Source: a virus. From it: a stretch of 64,000 nucleotides of DNA. The stretch is from the IMG/VR virus record IMGVR_UViG_3300043410_001024, positions 35,682-99,681 of that record; one strand, 5' to 3'. The position numbers were made by a program, and so were the translations under genes. This document shows positions 30,787 to 40,444 of this stretch, piece by piece (within the stretch, counting starts at the first letter, position 1; every line of letters starts with the position of its first letter). The notes beneath the pieces are model-generated. The model was given only the letters and a program-made list of their open reading frames with translations. It was not told where the DNA came from and did not search any database.

Positions 30787-31824
30787 TTATTTGTCAAACC
30801 CGTGTAATACAGTAACCGGTTTACCTAGTGGCACAGGCGAACTAAACATTAAGTAATATCCAGTACCAGTTTGTGAACTTTCAGTTATAGTAATAGTTTG
30901 AGTTGTTGCAACAACACCAGTCAATGATTTGTTGATCGTTACACTAATTAAAGCATCCGTGATTGGGTCGGTGGTATAACTACTAATCAATGTACTTGCT
31001 TGAAATGAACCATTTCCTGTAATAGTTGCGCCAACGATGTTTACAGCTGGATAAATTGCATTAGCACTTTTTATGTTTCCAGCAACCGATGCAGTTCCAG
31101 CGGTTGTGGTATTAGCATAACTTACTGTTGTTGTACTTGATGCTGTAACCACATATGTTCCATTATATCCAGATGGTGTGAATCCTGTTACAGTAATAGT
31201 CGAACCAACTGCAAATGGTATTGCGGTGGCGGTGGCATACGATAATGTAACGGTTGTACCATTTGCTGTACCACCAGTTGCATTTAAATGCGTATTAAAA
31301 TACAGGGTGGTATTACCATTAGCACCAGCAACACTAAGATTACCAGTATAGGTTTCAGCGGCAATTGTTGGATTCTGTACAACTGTATAGTTAGTTGTAA
31401 ACACTTGAATAACATTTTCAACAATTACTAATAGGTTTTGACCGCCAAAACTAGTAACATCACTAGAAATATTTAATGGGTCATACACTCCATTAAGTGG
31501 TCCAAAGTATACTGTTGTACCATCACCAGCACCTAGATTCTGTTGTGTGATTTGGCTGGCTTCTTTGAATTTAAATGAACGCCATTTACCAGCTTGATAA
31601 CCTTCTAGTTGGCTAGTGGTTGTATTGTACCGAATCATACCAGACAAGTCTGATGATACATTCGTACCATATCGATTACCGGTGATCGGACGTTGGACAG
31701 TTGTACCAGCAGGTACTTGAACCGCAGCTGGGCTAGACATTAATACATTATCATTAATATCAACTTGTAAGCGTTGGTCGTATGGGGCGCGTCTATTTAA
31801 AACTTGTTTGCGTAAATATCTCAT
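30787..31824 (-). CDS. Virion structural protein (345 aa)
   Basis: PAGTTVQRP...GMIRYNTTT.QLEGY module; C-terminal F.SPVP.GKPVTVLHGFD. Confidence 0.7.
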   Translation of the reverse strand: MRYLRKQVLNRRAPYDQRLQVDINDNVLMSSPAAVQVPAGTTVQRPITGNRYGTNVSSDLSGMIRYNTTTSQLEGYQAGKWRSFKFKEASQITQQNLGAGDGTTVYFGPLNGVYDPLNISSDVTSFGGQNLLVIVENVIQVFTTNYTVVQNPTIAAETYTGNLSVAGANGNTTLYFNTHLNATGGTANGTTVTLSYATATAIPFAVGSTITVTGFTPSGYNGTYVVTASSTTTVSYANTTTAGTASVAGNIKSANAIYPAVNIVGATITGNGSFQASTLISSYTTDPITDALISVTINKSLTGVVATTQTITITESSQTGTGYYLMFSSPVPLGKPVTVLHGFDK

Positions 31825-31826
31825 GA

Positions 31827-32174
31827 TTAAACCGCCAATGTACTAATTGTTGCTGTAATATTTGATAAGCTATCTGTCGATGCGTATATTTTATCGCCAT
31901 CGCCCAGAACTAATTTCTCATGGTCAAATGTAACAGTTTCACCGGCAGGAATCGGTAATTTATTAACAATCATAGTTGAGTTCCCGGCGGAACCACCAGA
32001 AGGAACAGCATAGACTGTTAGTAAAGATTGACCAGTTGTTGGGTTTGCGCTATCGTATACTGTTGTATTACAAAAAATCATAGTGGTAATAGCGTTACCA
32101 ATAGTACTTGTGGTAACAGTACTTGTATAAATTGCTGATGTTGTTGAAGTTAAAGTTGCGTTAGTAATAGCCAT
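31827..32174 (-). CDS. Small beta-sandwich virion adaptor protein (115 aa)
   Basis: IYTS...AITTMIFCN...L.VYAVP...IV..L.IPAGET..F..EKLVL..GD.I.A; third member of the small-adaptor family. Confidence 0.75.
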   Translation of the reverse strand: MAITNATLTSTTSAIYTSTVTTSTIGNAITTMIFCNTTVYDSANPTTGQSLLTVYAVPSGGSAGNSTMIVNKLPIPAGETVTFDHEKLVLGDGDKIYASTDSLSNITATISTLAV

Positions 32175-32183
32175 GTTTTATCC

Positions 32184-33182
32184 TTAAAATAGCATGCTCA
32201 GTAGCAATGCTCTATTTTTTGCAACAAGTTCATCTTGCAGCGTTGTATTTCTAAAATATATCCCACTTCTACCAGGACCAATTGTTGGTAACGGAAATAT
32301 TTTTGTTTTTCCAGACGATGCGGCTGGCGCTGATACTTGTGTTTGTAAGGCCAGTGCTGCATCAACCTCAACTAAACTATTGGATGCGGTTAAAATAAGT
32401 GGATTTGTTGGTGAGGTGTTAGTAATAGTATCACCATATAAATTCATATTATTAACAGTAACACCTGTTCCTGACACTCTCATTTTTATTAGGGTATCGA
32501 CTTGGAAATCTATAGTTGTGGTATATGCTTGCACTGAGGTTTTTAAAACCCCATAGATGTCATTCTTATATATTTTATCGACATCCGCCATACCAGACGT
32601 ATTGATACCAGATTGAATATAATCACCCACAAACTTTTTAGTTGTAAGTGCATTGGCGAACAAATCACCAGTATTACTCATTAGATAGCTTGAGTAGACA
32701 TCTGGTGCAATATTTGCTATACGAACGAGCTTGTTAGATGAATGTACATCAAATACAAAATCCGTGGTTCCTAGCACAATTGAATTTAATTGCATTCCAC
32801 CTAATGTGGTGCTACTATCGCTTTGTTTTACCATTCGTAAAACATATGTTCCAGCAATTGTGGTGTTTGTTGCTGGGTTATAGTGAGAAACCGATTCGTC
32901 AAATACCAATTGTGCGGTATCAACGGTTGGTCCTCTATCTATCTGAATACCAGATGTGCCAAGACTTATCCCCAAGTTACTTGATTCACCATTATTAAGC
33001 ACTAAAATGTTGTCTTTAATAGTGGTATTAACAGATTCAATAGTTGTCATATTACCTTGTACATCAAGGTTACCAGTGATATAAACGCTACCACTCAATT
33101 CACCAGTATCGAGGACGATAGATCCACCTGGTTGTACTTGAATTCTGTAATCACTTTGGCTGATTTTTAATATTCTTGACAT
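32184..33182 (-). CDS. Virion structural protein (332 aa)
   Basis: GNLDVQGNMTTIES.NT.IKDNILVLN.GE...G..IDRG...FDE motif; SD GAGG. Confidence 0.7.
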   Translation of the reverse strand: MSRILKISQSDYRIQVQPGGSIVLDTGELSGSVYITGNLDVQGNMTTIESVNTTIKDNILVLNNGESSNLGISLGTSGIQIDRGPTVDTAQLVFDESVSHYNPATNTTIAGTYVLRMVKQSDSSTTLGGMQLNSIVLGTTDFVFDVHSSNKLVRIANIAPDVYSSYLMSNTGDLFANALTTKKFVGDYIQSGINTSGMADVDKIYKNDIYGVLKTSVQAYTTTIDFQVDTLIKMRVSGTGVTVNNMNLYGDTITNTSPTNPLILTASNSLVEVDAALALQTQVSAPAASSGKTKIFPLPTIGPGRSGIYFRNTTLQDELVAKNRALLLSMLF

Positions 33183-33197
33183 GTATTATCCTCAGAA

Positions 33198-33222
33198 TGG
33201 GGGACTGAACGACAGTCCCCCA
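33198..33222 (-). terminator. 10-bp GC-rich hairpin (weak terminator or processing stem)
   Basis: TGGGGGACTG-(5)-CAGTCCCCCA followed by only TTCT on the minus strand. Confidence 0.55.
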
Positions 33223-33230
33223 ACAGTAAA

Positions 33231-34310
33231 TTAAGCGTTTTCGATTTGAACTTTTGTGTTTAATACAGCAGAATCAAATGACCAAGCTATTTGTTGAGCA
33301 GAACCATCCGCGTTCAATGGGAATTCTGTTCCAGCAGATGAACTTAAACGTGTAATCGCAGCAGGTACGATAGCAGCTTTGTGTGCAGTTAATTTTTTAA
33401 CCAAATATGTTCCACCAGCTGAGTCTTTTGCAACAATGTTCATTTCAACACCGGTACCATTTGGCCATGAACCAGTTGCAGCTGTTGTTTTCAATTTAGC
33501 ATAAACTGACGTTGCTAATGTTGAACCAGTTGACGCAGCATTGACTCTGTAACGGTCAGTTTGAACTTGTTTCACAATATCAACAGCAACTAATGAACCG
33601 CCAACAAATGCATATGCAACAATACCGGGTTCCGAACTGGTGGTAGATGAAACTGCGGTGCTAGCCGCTGTTAAGTTAACAGTTGTTGTTAATGTACCTT
33701 TTGTACCAGTTGTCAATGTCAATGTTGGTGCAGCTGTATAACCAGAACCTTGTTCTGTGATTGTAATACTTTTGATAGTACCAGTTGTTGCAACAAATGT
33801 AGCAATAGCAAATGTTAAGTCATTAGTTACGTTAGTACCACCCAACGCACTACCAAGAATTTTGACACCGTCTGTTAACGCATAACCAGAACCAGCATCA
33901 ACCAAAGTAATAGTAACAGTTGATGAGTACGCTGTACCAGATGTTTTAGTTACGATAAATGTTGCACCAGTTCCAGTACCAGAAGTTGCGGTTGATGCCA
34001 ATGGTGCTGATGTTGTACCATAAGTCGCCGCAGCTGTTAAACCTGTACCAGCGATAGTACCATATGTGGTTTTGTCTGTTAATGCACCAGCCGCATAGGT
34101 TACGATAGTACCAGTTGCGGTAACACCATTTGGTGTTGATGGTGCGCTGAATGTTGCTTGTGTTGTTGAACCGTTAGTGAAACCTGTTGAGTTATTAACA
34201 GCTAATGTTACGCTTGCTACGCCTTTACCGACAATTCCATCGTCAGCAGCAGTGCTTGTTGAACCGATATTACGGTTACCGAAATATTTTTTATTTAATG
34301 GTCTTCCCAT
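33231..34310 (-). CDS. Virion protein downstream of the major capsid gene, possibly a capsid decoration/head fibre (359 aa from ATG 34310)
   Basis: SD AAGGAG precedes MGRPLNKKYFG; Thr/Ala/Gly-rich; own late promoter. Confidence 0.65.
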   Translation of the reverse strand: MGRPLNKKYFGNRNIGSTSTAADDGIVGKGVASVTLAVNNSTGFTNGSTTQATFSAPSTPNGVTATGTIVTYAAGALTDKTTYGTIAGTGLTAAATYGTTSAPLASTATSGTGTGATFIVTKTSGTAYSSTVTITLVDAGSGYALTDGVKILGSALGGTNVTNDLTFAIATFVATTGTIKSITITEQGSGYTAAPTLTLTTGTKGTLTTTVNLTAASTAVSSTTSSEPGIVAYAFVGGSLVAVDIVKQVQTDRYRVNAASTGSTLATSVYAKLKTTAATGSWPNGTGVEMNIVAKDSAGGTYLVKKLTAHKAAIVPAAITRLSSSAGTEFPLNADGSAQQIAWSFDSAVLNTKVQIENA

Positions 34311-34372
34311 TGTTTTCTCCTTTGACGTTCTAGGTCTACGTGGTGGGATACCACATAACAAACTAGATACTG

Positions 34373-34380
34373 TATTTATA
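34373..34380 (-). promoter_or_regulatory. T4-type late promoter TATAAATA
   Basis: Full consensus just downstream of the capsid terminator. Confidence 0.75.
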
Positions 34381-34423
34381 CCTATTGACTATTTTATATT
34401 TGAGGTGTATAATTATAGGCAAT

Positions 34424-34448
34424 AAAAAAGGGAACCGAAGTTCCCTTT
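34424..34448 (-). terminator. Rho-independent terminator with C(UUCG)G loop after the major capsid gene
   Basis: AAAGGGAAC-TTCG-GTTCCCTTTTTT on the minus strand. Confidence 0.9.
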
Positions 34449-34473
34449 CTCAACTATTATATAAGGTAATAGA

Positions 34474-35643
34474 TTAGCTAAATTTAACGTTTGCGCTAGT
34501 AATAGCAACTTTACCTAAGTAGTCAGCAGCGTTACCCAAAGATGATGCTGTGTTTGACAATTCAACATAACCATAACGTGTCATGAAAGAAACGGTTGGT
34601 TCGAATGTTGATGGGTCAAGAACCACACCAGATGACATCAATGGGATGTATGGACAATAGAATGCAGCAGCATCTGATTCTGAACCACCTTTGTAGCCGA
34701 TCAAAATGTCTGTTGTATCGTTTGCATAGCTGTTAACATAAACTTTTAATGCGTTGTTTAATGTACCAACGAATTTTGTGTTTGTTGGAGCTTCAAATGT
34801 ACCTTCTGTTGTACGAGCAAAAGCTGAAGTTGTAGCTGATTGCAAAATTGTTAATGCAAATGGAGATACAACAGCCCAGTTACCAGCACCACGACGTGTA
34901 CGTTGAGCAATCAAGTTGCTTACACGGTTGATTTGGATAGCCAATGCAGCGTGTTCGTCACCTACGAATGTAGCTGTACCAGAAACGTTTGCTTGGTCAT
35001 ATGTTTGTGTAGCAGCACCAGCCAATGAAGCCAAAGACGCCAAAATTTCTTGGTCGATCTCAGCTGTAATTTCTTGTGCTAAAGCAGCCATAATTTCTGC
35101 TTCAACGTCAATACCTTGTTGAGCTTGAGCATCTTGAGCAGCTTCAAATGTCCAACGAGCACTCAATTTACGAGTTTTCGCTTCAACAGTTTGTTTCAAG
35201 ATTTGGATGCTCATTCTGTTTCCAGCTTGGCCCTCTAAAGTAGCTGTTGATGCTGCTTTACCAGTTGAAGTGTTACCAGAATATGCTTCCGCAATTTTGA
35301 ATGGGCTTAATGCTTCCTCACCAGCAACAACACCTGCAGCAGATGATGTGTCTGAATAACGAACACGTAATGTATGAATTTGGCCAACTGGACCTGTTAA
35401 TGGTTGTACACCAACTAATTCATTAGCGATAACTGTAGGCATTACACGACGGATTACAGGTAAAATTACACGGTTTAATGTTGCAACGTTACCAGCAGAA
35501 GTTGCACCAGCTGTCGGTGACTCTACCAAATATTTACGTGTATTTTCTAATGTTACACCCATTACTGATTTTTTTGTACCCTGTAGACCTTCTAAAAGGG
35601 CTTCTTTTGTTTCCGCCCAACGGCCATTAAGTAGTTCTGACAT
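34474..35643 (-). CDS. gp23: Major capsid protein (T4 gp23 family, 389 aa)
   Basis: VIRRVMPTVIANELVGVQPLTGPVGQI, VEAKTRKLSARWTFEAAQD, EITAEIDQEIL, IAQRTRRGAGN, FYCPYIPL, P.VSFMTRYG. Confidence 0.97.
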   Translation of the reverse strand: MSELLNGRWAETKEALLEGLQGTKKSVMGVTLENTRKYLVESPTAGATSAGNVATLNRVILPVIRRVMPTVIANELVGVQPLTGPVGQIHTLRVRYSDTSSAAGVVAGEEALSPFKIAEAYSGNTSTGKAASTATLEGQAGNRMSIQILKQTVEAKTRKLSARWTFEAAQDAQAQQGIDVEAEIMAALAQEITAEIDQEILASLASLAGAATQTYDQANVSGTATFVGDEHAALAIQINRVSNLIAQRTRRGAGNWAVVSPFALTILQSATTSAFARTTEGTFEAPTNTKFVGTLNNALKVYVNSYANDTTDILIGYKGGSESDAAAFYCPYIPLMSSGVVLDPSTFEPTVSFMTRYGYVELSNTASSLGNAADYLGKVAITSANVKFS

Positions 35644-35660
35644 TTAATTTCTCCTTAAAT

Positions 35661-36749
35661 TTAAAGCCCAGCGAGTCTACGGATATCTACGATATTTGAT
35701 TCCGCTTCGCTGCTACGATTATTGTTGGAAATTTTATTTCCGGTGATTTCCTTAGCCTCTACTAGTGCCTGTCTCTTTTTAGGAGCGTTGCCAGCAATAA
35801 CAGCTGGTAGATACTTTTCGAAACTTTCGTTTAATTTGGAAGTTTTTACACTTTCCATTAATTCGCCCATGATTGAACGTTGATCTGCACTCAATGGTGC
35901 CAGTAATTCGCCCATGATTTCTTTTCTTTGTTGCGATTCTTTCAGCGCACGGATTGTAGCATCTTTACTTTCTAAGATTTTTTCGGCAGCGACAACTGCT
36001 GATGCAGCTTCTTGCATTGCCATATCTTTCATGTCTATGACCTTGAGTAATTTTGCAGTTTCCGATTTTTCATTCAAGTAACTCGTTTGATATTCAGCGG
36101 CAAATGCTTCGAATAATTTACGTCCGAACTCTTGACGACGAGCCGCTTCGATGTCTTCTTTAAGTGATGTAATTTCAGTACGAAGACCTTTGTTAACAAC
36201 ACTTTCAACCATCACCGCAGCACGCTTAACGAATTGTTCTTTTACTTTCGTGATTTCTTTACGACCTTCTCTAATCAATTTAACTTTTGTTTCAACAAGG
36301 TCTTGTTTATCTTTGTAAAATTCTGTAATTTCTTGAGCAAGAGCTTCAACTACGAAATTTTCCAAAGTACCAAATTTATTTACCATTTGTTTTTGGTCTT
36401 CGTGCAATTCTTTAACTTCAGATGCAAGTTGACGTGTGACAAATGATTTCATAACATTAGCACTTTCGGTAATTTTTTTAGCGTATTTAACTTTCATTTC
36501 CGCTAATTGTCTGCGATCTTCCGCAAATTCACCAATCTCTTGTGTTAATTGATCAGTGATCATACGATCAACGGCTTCAACCATTACTGATTTATCGTGT
36601 TCGTATTTTTGTGCGAATTCTTCACGTAGTTGTTGAGAAACTTGTTCGCGGTGCTCAGTGAGCTTACGGTCCCAAGCTTGTTCAATGGACTCTTTTATCT
36701 CGCCAGAAATCACATTGTTTTCAAATAATTTATTTAATGCATCCAACAT
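35661..36749 (-). CDS. gp22: Prohead scaffolding/core protein (gp22-like)
   Basis: Coiled-coil, Glu/Lys-rich; lies between protease and capsid genes. Confidence 0.85.
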   Translation of the reverse strand: MLDALNKLFENNVISGEIKESIEQAWDRKLTEHREQVSQQLREEFAQKYEHDKSVMVEAVDRMITDQLTQEIGEFAEDRRQLAEMKVKYAKKITESANVMKSFVTRQLASEVKELHEDQKQMVNKFGTLENFVVEALAQEITEFYKDKQDLVETKVKLIREGRKEITKVKEQFVKRAAVMVESVVNKGLRTEITSLKEDIEAARRQEFGRKLFEAFAAEYQTSYLNEKSETAKLLKVIDMKDMAMQEAASAVVAAEKILESKDATIRALKESQQRKEIMGELLAPLSADQRSIMGELMESVKTSKLNESFEKYLPAVIAGNAPKKRQALVEAKEITGNKISNNNRSSEAESNIVDIRRLAGL

Positions 36750-36760
36750 TGTGTTTCTCC

Positions 36761-37387
36761 TTATGATAGATTGCTTATTATTCCTAATAAGCTTTCTTTG
36801 AGATATTTTTGCGCCTGCGGGTCACCCTGAACCTCTTTAGCTAACAACATTGATTTATAACCATTTCTGGTATTCAATAAATGTTCGTAAATTGGTGTAG
36901 GATAAGCACCAGGTGCAGATGGTTGTGCTACCATATCTACCGTGATGATTTCAAAATCTGAAACTTCATTTGAACCATCGTTGCTGACATTTCCAGAACC
37001 CCTCGACGACACACCTAATTTAACGCCGCTTTCCAGCATTGTTTTAATTAGTTGCCCCATTGGTGTGGGAAGTATTTTCAACTTCCCATATCCATTTGGT
37101 CCGTCCATCCACATTTTAGTTATCATATGTGATACACGGTCTAGGTTAATTTTAAGATCATCTGGGTGATCCACTTCTCCAAGAACTGAATAACCATTTT
37201 GAATCTGATCGTTAAGGGTCTTAACAGCCTTGCTAATCTCACTTACAGGATAAACACGTTGGTTGGCATTACGGATTCCACCTTGAATGCAGATACCCGT
37301 CATGTGCAACTCTTTGCCTTCTCTGTCATCAGATTCCAGTATCATTTCTGCTTCACTGAAACTGAGGTTTTCTCGGAGATATAACAT
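36761..37387 (-). CDS. gp21: Prohead protease (T4 gp21 family)
   Basis: IQGGIRNANQRVYP, GEVDHP, INLDRVSH, LPTPMG, LGVSSRGSG, D.VAQPSAPGAYP. Confidence 0.95.
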   Translation of the reverse strand: MLYLRENLSFSEAEMILESDDREGKELHMTGICIQGGIRNANQRVYPVSEISKAVKTLNDQIQNGYSVLGEVDHPDDLKINLDRVSHMITKMWMDGPNGYGKLKILPTPMGQLIKTMLESGVKLGVSSRGSGNVSNDGSNEVSDFEIITVDMVAQPSAPGAYPTPIYEHLLNTRNGYKSMLLAKEVQGDPQAQKYLKESLLGIISNLS

Positions 37388-37390
37388 ATA

Positions 37391-38329
37391 TTATTTTTTC
37401 CCGCCAATTAAGCTTTTGTGGGTTGTATTAGCTTTTTGTGGTTTGCCTGTTCCAGCACCAGCTAAACTACCTTCGCCTGAACCTTTACGTTCTGTGCCAT
37501 GGCCTTTTTTAACTGAATGCAATTTTGTTGCTGATTTAGCACCAGGAACGTTTACATTTCCACCTGTTTGTGGTGATGTTTTAGGGGCCAATAAGCCACC
37601 TTGTGTTCCACCAGTTGTTACTTCAGATGAACGACCAATTACTTTACCACCCATGTTGTTAGGCATGTTGTCGATAACACTTTTGTTATTCACGCCGTTG
37701 TCACCATGTTTTGGTAATGCAACTTTATTGATGTATTCCATGAATTGGTTGAATTCTTGATCGCCTTCGTCCATTTCTTGGTCATCATTGTGGATATAGT
37801 GGTGAATTTCTTTAACTTCTGAATCATCATCAGCCATATCAGCGCCGAAATCATCTTCGCCACCCATATCATCCATACCACCAAATTCATCACCTTCTTC
37901 GCCTTCTTCGCCTTCTTCACCGCCGAACATATCGTCGTGTTCTGGTTCACTTTCTTCACCAGCTAAAAGTTCATCGAATTCAGCTTTTAATTCTTCTAAT
38001 GCATCTTCAAGGTCCATAACACGATCTTCTAAGTCGCCTTCGCCACCCATATCGTCGTCATCATCTTCACCACCGAATGCATCATCATCTTCTGCGTCGT
38101 CTGTTTCATCATCTTCACCGCCGAATGCATCATCATCTTCTGCGTCATCGGCGGGTTCTGATTCTTCTTCTTCCTCTTCCTCAGCGGGTGGGAAATCAGA
38201 TTCTAATAATTCTTCGTAAATTTCACGTGATTTTCCAACAACGATGTTGTGGAAAATGTCTTTTGCTGTTTCTTGATCTTCGTTGATCAAAGCTTCAAGC
38301 ATTGCTTCAAATTTTGCTCTATCAGTCAT
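37391..38329 (-). CDS. Acidic prohead core protein (312 aa)
   Basis: Very Asp/Glu-rich central region with LEDRV.DLEDALEELKAEF coiled coil, basic tail; position equivalent to T4 gp67/68. Confidence 0.65.
   Translation of the reverse strand: MTDRAKFEAMLEALINEDQETAKDIFHNIVVGKSREIYEELLESDFPPAEEEEEEESEPADDAEDDDAFGGEDDETDDAEDDDAFGGEDDDDDMGGEGDLEDRVMDLEDALEELKAEFDELLAGEESEPEHDDMFGGEEGEEGEEGDEFGGMDDMGGEDDFGADMADDDSEVKEIHHYIHNDDQEMDEGDQEFNQFMEYINKVALPKHGDNGVNNKSVIDNMPNNMGGKVIGRSSEVTTGGTQGGLLAPKTSPQTGGNVNVPGAKSATKLHSVKKGHGTERKGSGEGSLAGAGTGKPQKANTTHKSLIGGKK
38058..38149. repeat. 48-nt tandem duplication encoding DDAEDDDAFGGEDD
   Basis: Units start at 38058 and 38106 and are nearly identical. Confidence 0.85.
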
Positions 38330-38368
38330 GTTAGTCTCCTGTGATATAAAAATGTCAAGGCTGTAATA

Positions 38369-38374
38369 TATTTA
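38369..38374 (-). promoter_or_regulatory. T4-type late promoter (TAAATA) for the head operon
   Basis: TAAATA ~40 nt upstream of ATG 38329; SD AGGAG. Confidence 0.55.
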
Positions 38375-38445
38375 CATTTATTTAAAAAAAAGGTGCTATA
38401 ATAGCTATAAAAACGCCAATTTTATATTTATCATTTATGTAATAT

Positions 38446-38685
38446 TTAAGCTGCTGGTGGTGGCGGTGCTGCATACATAGTATGAATAAATGCCAACTCA
38501 CGTTCTTGGTCTAAAATGTGTGCTTCACTATTTTTACGTAGTTCGTTTAATTGGCCTAATGTTAACCGTGTCTTTCTTGTATCTGACCGATGCATAGTTT
38601 CGGTATCACGTGATGGGCTATAACGTAAGTCATTAGCCTGTTCTCTTGTATCCGGGTCAATGTAAAATAATTCTCTTAAAATCAT
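38446..38685 (-). CDS. Small conserved protein downstream of portal (79 aa from ATG 38685)
   Basis: MILRELF...DTRKTRLTL.QLN.LRK...MY; TATAAATA lies 4 nt upstream. Confidence 0.7.
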   Translation of the reverse strand: MILRELFYIDPDTREQANDLRYSPSRDTETMHRSDTRKTRLTLGQLNELRKNSEAHILDQERELAFIHTMYAAPPPPAA

Positions 38686-38692
38686 AATGTAT

Positions 38693-40432
38693 TTATACTG
38701 TCGGTGGGGTTGCGGGTGCAGATGCAACAGGCGGAACCTGTCCAGTATCCCCTAGCGACTGTAAATCTCCTTCCATATCATCTGGTGCAGTTAAGTCACC
38801 AGCCATTCCTAAATCACCCTCAATACCAGCCGCCGATAATCCAGCACTACGCAATTCACCAGCCGCATCAGTGGTTGTTGGTTGACCTTTTCCATTTTCT
38901 TCAGCCCATAATTTTTCATTATCAGCCAATTCTTCCTCTGTAAGACCAAGGAATCTTTTTAATGCAAATCTATTACTAATAAATGGTATTTGTTGAATTG
39001 TATTAAATGTGTTGATTCGTTCAGTATCCAATGCACTTTGTCTAGTACTTGCAAAGTTTGTTGGTGGATTGAAATTTAATTCAAATAAATTTGAATCAAT
39101 ATTAACACCACGAGTATTCATATACATTTTGAACTCAGTATCAAAAACCTCGGTCATCAACCATTGTAATCTCTCACAGTATTTATTAAATCTTAGTTCT
39201 TGAATGTATGCAGTTCCGACACGGCCATCATTGAAACTAGCTTGACTATCATCAGCACCAGTTGGTAAGTAACTACTTGGGATACGTAAACCACGGAATA
39301 ATTTATTGGTGAAATATTTCAAATCATCAATTTCACCTAAATTAGTACCGCCAGGCAAAGTATCAACTTTACTACCACGACCATCAGCGGTCATAGGGAA
39401 AAAGTAATCCTCATTAATACTCAAAGGGTTATATGCACTATCAATTACATTTTGCCCACCACCAGTTTGACTAGGTATTCTGCGTTGGTGAATTTCGTTT
39501 TTTACACGCTCAACGAATGCCATAGCCATATGTGATGGCATGTTACCGGTGTCAATATGGAAAATACGGCGTTCTGGCGCACGTTGAATACGATAAATTA
39601 AGATAGCATCTTCTAATAATTCTTTTTGCTTATAGACTTTATAGATATTTTCTAGTAAACTATTACCCAATGGGTAATTATTATCTAATCCTTCGGATAA
39701 AGATATATGCACAATGTGTTCAGCATCAATTGCATATTCAGTTTCAGTTAGCCCAAATCTTGAGCCAGAACTTGCACTAGAAACGCCACCAGAATTACCA
39801 TTAGAACCTTGCGCACCCATGTAACCAGCACCAGAGCCAATCCCACCACCGACTTGGCGAGCATTAATATTTGGTGTGATTTGTGTAACAACAAGTTTTT
39901 CAAAATTAGGTGCTAAATCTTTAATGATATACTGTAATGGTTTCTTTCCATCGCTTTCATTTACGATAATCTTAACAACTTTACTATTGTCAACCCAACA
40001 CCATTTCTGAGTTTCTGGGTCACGAATAAAGAAAGCATCGCCGTATTTGTATACATTCCTAACAATTCTAAAAATTCTGGTATCAAATTGTTGTAACTTA
40101 TTCCATTGTTGTAAGTATTCACTTAAAATTCTAACTTCTGAATTTGTGGCTTGACTACGCCATTTAACAGCAAATGGACTTTTACCATCTTTTAATTTTT
40201 GTGTACAAAATTCAGCTAAGATATCTAACGCAGCATTAACCTCTGGGTCGCTATCCATTACCTCATATTGTTGGTATCGTTCAACACGATTTGGACTACC
40301 AGAATAGACATCTGGTAAGTAACTAGAATAATTCTTTCTAGCTGGGCCAGCCTTTGACGTACCACTAGCCCCATTGATAGGACTTAGGTCGTTTGTTACT
40401 GGGACTGGGGTGAAATATTTCTTCCATGACAT
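38693..40432 (-). CDS. gp20: Portal vertex protein (T4 gp20 family)
   Basis: LLEDAILIYRIQRAPERRIFHIDTGNMP, EDYFFP...GRGSKVDTLPGGTNLGEIDDLKYF..KL.RGLRIPSS, ELRF.K...RLQ. Confidence 0.96.
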   Translation of the reverse strand: MSWKKYFTPVPVTNDLSPINGASGTSKAGPARKNYSSYLPDVYSGSPNRVERYQQYEVMDSDPEVNAALDILAEFCTQKLKDGKSPFAVKWRSQATNSEVRILSEYLQQWNKLQQFDTRIFRIVRNVYKYGDAFFIRDPETQKWCWVDNSKVVKIIVNESDGKKPLQYIIKDLAPNFEKLVVTQITPNINARQVGGGIGSGAGYMGAQGSNGNSGGVSSASSGSRFGLTETEYAIDAEHIVHISLSEGLDNNYPLGNSLLENIYKVYKQKELLEDAILIYRIQRAPERRIFHIDTGNMPSHMAMAFVERVKNEIHQRRIPSQTGGGQNVIDSAYNPLSINEDYFFPMTADGRGSKVDTLPGGTNLGEIDDLKYFTNKLFRGLRIPSSYLPTGADDSQASFNDGRVGTAYIQELRFNKYCERLQWLMTEVFDTEFKMYMNTRGVNIDSNLFELNFNPPTNFASTRQSALDTERINTFNTIQQIPFISNRFALKRFLGLTEEELADNEKLWAEENGKGQPTTTDAAGELRSAGLSAAGIEGDLGMAGDLTAPDDMEGDLQSLGDTGQVPPVASAPATPPTV

Positions 40433-40444
40433 ATTTTAAATTCC

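Noticed and set aside
34311-34361. ORF-track upstream starts at 34361, 38727, 26733, 47807 and 1660
   Set aside because: Downstream ATGs (34310, 38685, 26706, 47771, 1684) fit SD or promoter placement better and avoid overlaps with neighbouring features.
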